A stretch of DNA of 64,000 bases from Octopus vulgaris (lineage: Eukaryota), in the NCBI GenBank assembly GCA_951406725.2, contig OX597823.1, positions 22,816,001-22,880,000 on the forward strand, given 5' to 3'. The notes beneath the pieces are model-generated. The model was not told where the DNA came from, did not search any database, and worked only from the letters and a program-made list of their open reading frames with translations. Within the stretch, counting starts at the first letter, position 1; each line of letters starts with the position of its first letter. Of this stretch, positions 56,235 to 64,000 are shown piece by piece. Position numbers and translations under genes: made by a program.

Positions 56235-56486
56235 GCACTTGCATTTTTCTCGCATACGCGTAGTATCGATCGCAACAGCTGATGTACTTGCGTGTACAAA
56301 TGCACATTCCCACGGCTTTATCGATCGCTTTCTCGCCTGGAATCGATTTTTGTAATTTTTTCAAGACTTATACACGCCCTGATACCGTCGGTATCTACGT
56401 ATCAAACTTGAGCGCAATCGGATGGAGGATGACCGAGATCCTAGAAGACCCACACAGACAGACAGAACGGATTTTATATAATATAA

Positions 56487-56488
<2 letters not shown>
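56235..56488 (-). mobile_element. Probable non-autonomous Helitron 5' portion
   Basis: Minus strand CTTATATTATATAAAATCCGTTCTGTCTGTCTGTG..CCGATTGCGCTCAAGTTTG resembles invertebrate Helitron 5' ends; no 3' CTRR end located. Confidence 0.45.
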
Positions 56489-56522
<34 letters not shown>

Positions 56523-57477
56523 GCATGTATACATATGTACATATATATATGTACACATACACATATATATACACATACACACACATACCTACAGACACAC
56601 ACACACACACATGTATTTTCGGATTGGCCATATAAACACACATGCCAGTCGTTTGTACAGATTCTTTCTCTTTTCCACATATTTTTTCGTCACATTATAT
56701 CTGTAACCTTTCCAATGGGTACAGATTTTTCAAATGATTATATAGATTTTCTAACTGAACTGCTTCTGCTGTGTTACAACTCAATGGATTGCGTGTGAAC
56801 TGATATTTTTATTTATTTCTTTATTTTATTACATTTCCTTTCGTTGCTGGATTGGCATTAGCTGATTTCAGTCTTATTGTATCCTTGTTCTGGTTAAAGA
56901 GCTTTGTTGTACAATTCATTCTTTGTATTGAGCGTGCAGGGGTGGTCAGAACCTGTTTCCTGTATTTGTACAGCCTTTGCAATCAGTCTTGATGTTAGGC
57001 ATTTTGGATGTCTAGACAAGTTTTATTTCAACTTTTTATTCGGAGGCTACTTTCATTTCATTGAATTCTCACTAGTGTTCAGCAGTCCTTTTAATTATAC
57101 TGCAGGTGATTTCTCCTGTAGTGGTATCCTACATTATCTTTCCATGCAAATTCTATACAGCATTTCTAATTTTACTCATCCAACCCATCCATAAACTACA
57201 AAATAATGAGATATTTCAAAAGTATAAAAATATTGGTTGCAACACTTGGTTTCAGATCAAAATTCCTGCAAGACAATATATATATATATACATATATATA
57301 TATTTACATGTACATTTGGATACCGTATATACCACTCGCTAGTTAAATTTTGTTTATACTTCCTCTTTTCCAACTATTTTTTCGTTACAGAATATCTGTA
57401 ATCTTTACAATGGGTACGGATTTTTCAAATAATTATATAAATTTTACAAGTATGTATGTATGTATGTATGTTTATGT

Positions 57478-58133
57478 CAGGTCACTTTCGAGTGCTACTG
57501 GTAACATGTAACCCAGTACAACCTGTTGCATGGTCGGGCCGTCGGCGACTAAACCGGCAACCCCACCAAGCTTGCTTGGTGAGGACGGTGTTTATTGGAC
57601 ACCCTGCGGGATGAAAAACAAAACCCGTCAAAGGGCGGAGGAACTCTTGAGAGTCAACGGCCATCCAATAAATGTGTAATTTTTTTTTTTTCTTAAGGCT
57701 TAAGGTTGTATCATGCGCGGGGACATAGAAATAATCGGACTGAATATCCGATCGCGCGGTTAAACCATTGGAAGTGAAGGACTCCTAGCCTTTGTTAGGA
57801 CATCCTTCTAGAAGGTAACTGGGTTAACTCCGACATAAAACCTGCGGCTCAGTGGTTACCAATGATGTTGACTTGTTCTTCTTTTCGGATTATGGCTGCT
57901 GTTGCTTAGTGAGTGGGATCGACTCAGTGCACAGCCTTTCCTCACTTTAAAAAAAATCTTCTTGCACAGGCATTGCACGATAACATCATTGTGATTGTTG
58001 ATTGTGCTCTGAGTCTCAGCTGAATGGCTGGCTGTAGCCTTAAAAAGCAAATAAAAGTCACATTCGATCACAGCACCAATAACAGTTAAGCTTCGTGCAA
58101 TGGCCATACTCGATAACGAGGGGGAAGCCATCA
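57478..58133 (+). mobile_element. Unclassified GC-richer interspersed repeat between (TATG)n tracts (possibly RTE-5'UTR-derived)
   Basis: Sharp composition change, microsatellite on both ends, GAAGGTAACT..ACTCCGACATAAAACCTGCGGCT resembling RTE 5'UTRs; no ORF. Confidence 0.4.
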
Positions 58134-58332
58134 TGTATGTATGTATGTATGTATGTATGTATGTATGTATGTATGTATGTATGTATGTCAACAGGTGAGA
58201 TTCGAAAAATCTCAGTGTAGAAGACACTTTGTATCTCTCAAATGATTCAGACCTAGTCTCTGATGTCTTTACGGGGGATCAATTCTGCGGGGGTAAAGAA
58301 TGGCTATTAGAGGGATCAAATCGAGCAAATAT

Positions 58333-59049
58333 AGAGGCAACTATGCAGATAAACAAATTAAGTATATTAAATATAACAGCCTGGGTATGAAATATAAAAT
58401 ATGTATATATGTATATATATGCAAAACGAGAGAAAGCAAAAGATGGAGGCTTTCAGATAACGAGTATTTAAGTATAAATACATGGATATTTATATTAATA
58501 GATCCAACTTAGACGTAGTACAAACGACAGAGAAAATTAATAGGGAGGAAGTAAGGTGTTATAAGTCCAACAGCTTTTTCTGGGGGCTCAGAGATCCGTT
58601 ATAATGTTGGTAGATGTCGCTCATCACAATATGCAGGCCCTAATTGAAGCAATCAACATTGGATAAATCGAGTCTTCGTCATCAAGGTAAATATCTTAGA
58701 TTTTACATTTCAGATCATGATGCAGAGAAGTTCAAAGGAAGAATCAACCAATGCTGAATGCTCCTATTACAGTCTGCATATTGTGATGAACTACATCCAC
58801 AAGCATTAAACAGCTGTTCGACTTATAACATCTTCCTTCTTCCCCTTCAATTTTTTTCTGTCGTTTGTACTCTGTGTAAGTTGGATCTAGTGATATAAAT
58901 ATCTATGTATTTATACTTAAATATTCACCGTCTGAAAGTCTTCACTCTTTGCTTTCACTCGTTTTGCATGTTCAAATATATACATATTTTGTATTTCATA
59001 CCCAAGCTGTTATGTGAATATATGCATAATTTGTTTAACCGCATAATTG

Positions 59050-59052
<3 letters not shown>
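58333..59052. mobile_element. Old ~300-bp-arm inverted repeat, probable Penelope-like pLTR pair
   Basis: 58333-58670 is the diverged reverse complement of 58745-59052; decayed HHR traces (GUGAUGA; AAACAGCUGUU). Confidence 0.65.
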
Positions 59053-59096
<44 letters not shown>

Positions 59097-59100
<4 letters not shown>

Positions 59101-59597
59101 AATGTGAGGATAAAATTCTTTTCAAAAAAAAATATTTTCTCGAAAAAAATGTTATCAATGGCCAGCATATTAAAAAATACCTTTAACGGTTAAATTTATA
59201 AACAATTCATAAATGAGGGCAAAGGAAAAAAAATTCTAATGCCAAATATGCCGAAAAATTGGACATATTGTCCATTAACCATATAATTTTTTCACAATAC
59301 GCACGCTACTCGAAAAAAGGTCGACAGAAATTTCTAAAAAATTCCATTATTACCATATCGGACCGATTTCAGAGTTAGCTACTAAGAGCCCTCTCTTCGT
59401 CAGTGATACATGTGGCAGAAGAAATAAATGAGATACTTACTCATACCCATGGAAGAAGCAAAAACTAAGTCATGTGCACAACTAAGTACCCCAAATACAT
59501 CCAAAATAGAAATACTCCAGCCCATTCGAGGCACAAAATTTTTTTCGAGAAAATTTTTTTTTTTTTCGAAAAGAATTTTATCCTCACATTTAATATA
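59097..59597 (-). mobile_element. Penelope-like family D element with HHR (59356-59408) and inverted tail
   Basis: UAUCA-CUGACGA-AGAG...CUCU-GAAAU-CG-GUC^CGAUA; 59535-59595 is the reverse complement of 59097-59150; related to 62712-62930. Confidence 0.7.
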
Positions 59598-59644
59598 AAT
59601 TTAAGCGTTCACTTCCGAACTAATTCACTCTGTGAGAGCCTCAG

Positions 59645-59765
59645 TATAGCGCTCAGGAATAGAAAAAGTCTTTTACGTTTCGAGCCTACGCTCTTCGACA
59701 GAAAGATACACAGAAAAAAACAAGGAGAGAAAAAAAATGTATGTAGTAGCTAACGATCTATCATG
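59645..59765 (-). mobile_element. Short HHR-bearing repeat family B (HHR 59670-59705)
   Basis: CUUU-CUGUCGA-A-GAGC-GUAG-GCUC-GAAACGUA-AAAG; nearly identical to 13155-13281. Confidence 0.78.
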
Positions 59766-59767
59766 GA

Positions 59768-59823
<56 letters not shown>

Positions 59824-59825
<2 letters not shown>

Positions 59826-60150
59826 TGCACTTCCAGAAATGTTATCTACTGCATTTCCTGATGTTATCTACTGTATCCCCCTGTACTTCCCTGTGCATTA
59901 ATAAAACGGGGCACTGCTTAGCCGACTGGTTCACTGAGCACCTCCGTGACATCGAGACATCAGACTCGGCAATGACGCCTCGGTCTCGCACCACTTCCGC
60001 TCCAGCGGTCAATCGCTACACCATCTGTCTGTGTTCTGACTGTCTTTGCACAATGGCCACCGGGACACCCGCCTCTGCCTTGAACAGGTAGTCATTTTTT
60101 CTCTTCATTTCTTTGTTCTTTATGACCTTAATTCGCCACCTCTCTTCATC
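59824..60150 (+). mobile_element. Penelope-like GIY-YIG endonuclease remnant
   Basis: CTSRNVIYCIS..LCINKTGHCLADWFTEHLRDI..SVSHHFRS..LSV..RLCLEQ, the VIY..YIG.T.R.L..RF.EH pattern; starts at (TA)n. Confidence 0.8.
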
Positions 60151-60589
60151 TAGCACCAACCCCACACATATTCCCACATAACTCCCATCTTTAACTGCCC
60201 CTCCACTCCCATCCCTGTACACCGACAAACTCAGTACCATCTCCACACACACACCATTATACAACCACCCATATATATACTGTTCAATTCAGTACTCACA
60301 GACACACACACACAAACATGCACTCATACACACCTTTCCACTCCACACACACTAGTACCCAACACCTCCCAGTACCCACACTACACACCATTATGCACAC
60401 ACCCACACACACACACTTCAATATTTTCACTGCACTCACCATTATACGAACACCCATGCACACTGTTCAACTCAGTACCCACACCATACATCCTTATGCA
60501 CACTCCTACACACACTCACATGCATATGCATGCATCCACTTGTACCCAATCCCTAACTCTCGTCCCCCTATCCCCCCTCGAACCTCTGT

Positions 60590-60974
60590 ACATTTCCTCA
60601 CAGCATATACTTGGTTGCGGGTCTCCCAGAACGTTCGTCAATATCGACGTTTTTCGGCCATCTTGAAAACGTCTGAACCACTCGTACACTTGTGTTCCTT
60701 CTACACTCCTCTCCATACACTTTCTGCAACTTTATGTAGGCCCCTGAGCAAGTATCGGCATGACAACTTCCTCTGCCATGGTCAATGCGACGATCACACG
60801 CTACACACTTTCCTTCCAAGCACTGTTGTAAACAGTGGAAATGAGCCAGAACGTTAAAAGTTAGTGCACATGCACATCAGAGTTCAAGGTCAATTTTTTG
60901 TCACGTGTCTCTATTCTGTGTTCTATAGCTTCGTTACAAAAGCAACTGTACAGATACTTATTGATCAGACCTCG
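60590..60974 (-). mobile_element. mariner 5' fragment
   Basis: TA|CGAGGTCTGATCAATAAGTAT TIR; AYIKLQKVYGEEC..TQVYEWFRRFQDGR..DERSGRPAT. Confidence 0.85.
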
Positions 60975-60996
60975 TATGTATGTAAATATATACATT

Positions 60997-61125
<129 letters not shown>

Positions 61126-61319
61126 GTATATATATGTATATGTATATGCATATGTATATATACATATACATATATATATATGCATGTATGTATATTTTCA
61201 TATATATATATATATATATGCATGTATATATATATATTTATATGTATATACACACACACATACATATATCTATCTGTGTATAAATACATGATGTATCTAT
61301 ATGCATATGTACTTATATA

Positions 61320-61355
<36 letters not shown>

Positions 61356-61399
61356 TGTATGTATGTATGTATGTACGTATGTATATACATATATACAGG

Positions 61400-62150
61400 A
61401 TTTGTTTATTGAATATGTTTCTTGAACATTTCTGGCCTAATATCAGCTGTTATGAACAGAAGAATAATTCTAAACCCAAGGCACTTCCGCTTTTTCCTAA
61501 TGCACTGGATCTAGATTCAAATCTAGCTTCACTACTACTAATTCATTTTCATTCCACCAAACAGAAGCTCATTACAACTGGCTCTATGGATCAGAGAGTT
61601 ATTTTTGTTTTCAAAGTGCATTATCTCAGGAAAAAGTTTGGCTCGTTGATTACGGCAATTAATGATAAACATCGCTCTATTAAAGAATTTTGAACAAATT
61701 ACAACAGTATACAAGCAATAAAAGTATTTAAGATGCTTCAGAAGTTAAATCTTTACATTGATCTAGGTTTGGAAAACATTGGGTCGAAATTTAGTTCAGG
61801 AAAGTCATAGGGCAGAAGTTGAAACCGTCTAAGTGAGCAATAATCTTGTACAAATGACACAGAAAATGCGATTTGGATAAAGTGCTGCAGGTTATATTCA
61901 GAATTTAGAGCCTACTGATAACAAGATCCTCATCTATGAAGATTTTTAAAGAGTCAACAGAAACGCAAGTGTCTAGTTCAGATAATGAAGAAAAGATTCC
62001 TCCACAAACGGTTTTACAACAAAGCCTTGGTGATAATGTTAGTACTTTAGAACGACTTTCAAAAAACGATCAATATTTTGAACGAAGCATGAAAGCTAAA
62101 TTATAGGCAATGCTAGCATGAATTGTTATTGGGAAGAATTAGAGTTTCAT
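61400..62150 (+). mobile_element. pogo/Tigger transposase remnant (DDE_1 C-terminal part)
   Basis: FLEHFWP..PKAL..MDQRVIFVFKVHYLRKKF..IKEF*TNYN..WKTL, matching QPMDQGVI..FK..YLR / F(W)K.YNI. Confidence 0.7.
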
Positions 62151-62369
62151 AAAAAGAAGCACAGCAGCCAACACCTGATACATCTTGTGTTATACAAATA
62201 AAACTCTGACTGAATCAGCAGTACCGTATATATTTTACTTTTTCGTACATTTTAGTCGCACAAACTAAAGAAAGGGTAAGTACATTTTTTTATTGAGTTA
62301 CTTCGTTGTGTTCAAAAGATTTTTCTCTGCATAAATTCGGAGCCTACTGTATTTTAAATGCGTGTATAT

Positions 62370-62408
<39 letters not shown>

Positions 62409-62791
62409 TTCATTTATTTATTTTTTCAATAATAAACGAACTTATCTGTATAAAAAAACTATCTTTTATCTTCTTCTGATAAAGAAGCGTCTAGAAGCAA
62501 AATAAAAAGGCAGAACATATTAAATTCGTTAATTGAGGCACTTTGTGTGTGTGTACTTGTGTGTGTGTGCGCGTACACACACACACACACACATATATGT
62601 ATGAATGTATATGTTTGTGTGTATGCATGTGTGTGTGTATAATTCGTTTTAAAATTTCACCTGATGGTATATTTAACCAATGATATATATATATATATAT
62701 ATATACTACTAATATAGGATGAAGTTTTTTTACAGAAAAAAAATTCCATCAAAAAATGTGGCAGCATATTAAAATACCTTTAAGGTTAAAA

Positions 62792-62927
62792 TTATAAATA
62801 AGGGCTAAAGAAAATTATTTCTATGCCAATTTGCTGATAACAGACTTTTAAATCGTCAATTGACGATTTAAAAGTCTGTTATCAGCATATTGAGATAGAA
62901 ATAATTTTCTTTAGTCCTTATTTATAA
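62792..62927. repeat. Spacer-less palindrome in a family D terminus
   Basis: Perfect 28-bp arms 62832-62887 centred on TCAA|TTGA, extending imperfectly to ~68-bp arms. Confidence 0.92.
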
Positions 62928-63643
62928 GTTGTATATATATATATAAATTCATGCTTGTTTGGTTAGAAAAAAGAGCGATTCACCCCGATGCCTTATAAAT
63001 GAAATTTGGGACACGAGAATTGTAAGAAAGTCCTGTCTCACATAAACACACATTTTGTTTTCAATTATTTTAACAAGAAAGAGCAGCGCGCACATCAAAC
63101 TAATTCTCTCGCTCTTGCACGTGACCAGTGACCAAATGAAATCAAAACAGCTGAGCATGTATGAGAATTCAGGAGATTGCTAAAGAGGCTCAATAAATTC
63201 TCAGCCCTTACAGTACCATCTAAAGTGGTATGTATCCTAGCCATGAAATACCATTCCAGATGTTTGCTCTGAGTCAAGGTTTTTATCTCAGCGTGACATT
63301 ATGTCACTGCCTGCGCCAGTTACCTCTAACTTCGAAGGTGTGAAGACGAAGATTTCATATTTCATCCATGCCTCATTTGAATGAAATGAATATATGCTGT
63401 TCAACATGAACACGCATGTTTAATGTACGTATGTACACATTATTGGATGAGTTCGTATATCATTTGACAAGTTTTATTTTCCATCCTCCAATGTGTGCAA
63501 TATCACATTCCTCACTAAGCATGCTCTGTGGGGTTTCTGGGTTTTGTGGCCGACGATCCAACACTGGATTACACTTTTATAAGGGCACTCACAAATGACC
63601 TGACACAATATAACACACACATACATGTACGCACGCACGCACG

Positions 63644-63674
<31 letters not shown>

Positions 63675-64000
63675 ACGTGCACATGTGCTCACACACACAC
63701 ACGTGCACACGTTCTCACACGGACATATGCACATATAGGTATACATCTATATGTTTATGTATAGAAGTGGTGTATACGCATGCATATATAAATAGATATA
63801 CGTATATGTGTATGTCATTTTACTTTATCATATTTCATTTTTGGCTCTATAATAGTAAGAATGTGTGTGTATTGTGTGTATGTATGTGTGTGTGTGTGTG
63901 TGTGTGTTTGTATGTACACACGTGTATATGGGTACATGTGTGGATATATATAAAAACATATACGCTACATTGCATGTGGGTTAGAGTCTCAACTTAGCAT

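Overview
AT-rich, microsatellite-saturated animal DNA, intronic or intergenic. The SINE families, (TA)n/(CATA)n/(TAGA)n load and TE mix suggest an octopus or other coleoid cephalopod (inference). No complete host gene is present. Nearly all listed ORFs are microsatellite artefacts or decayed TE fragments; a few phase-compatible minus-strand exon candidates exist (32519-32581, 29862-30057, 17158-17200). TEs: a hAT-Buster/Charlie element (21000-24749, 8-bp TSD) with a nested Tc1, two mariners, maT/DD37D-like and Tc1 fragments, a Tigger remnant, a Dong/R4 LINE in (TAA)n, an RTE LINE split by a ~1.5-kb inversion, CR1-group 3' ends, three tRNA-SINE families and two Penelope GIY-YIG remnants. The main hidden signal is about 15 complete or near-complete minimal type-I hammerhead ribozyme (HHR) motifs plus several partial ones. 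They have palindromic stem III, sit mostly on short (TA)n-anchored Penelope-like elements, and many have fold-back (sense+antisense) architecture. One family has a recurrent non-canonical core (CUGUNGA) and no loop 3. All calls are by eye; no searches were run and no ribozyme activity is demonstrated.
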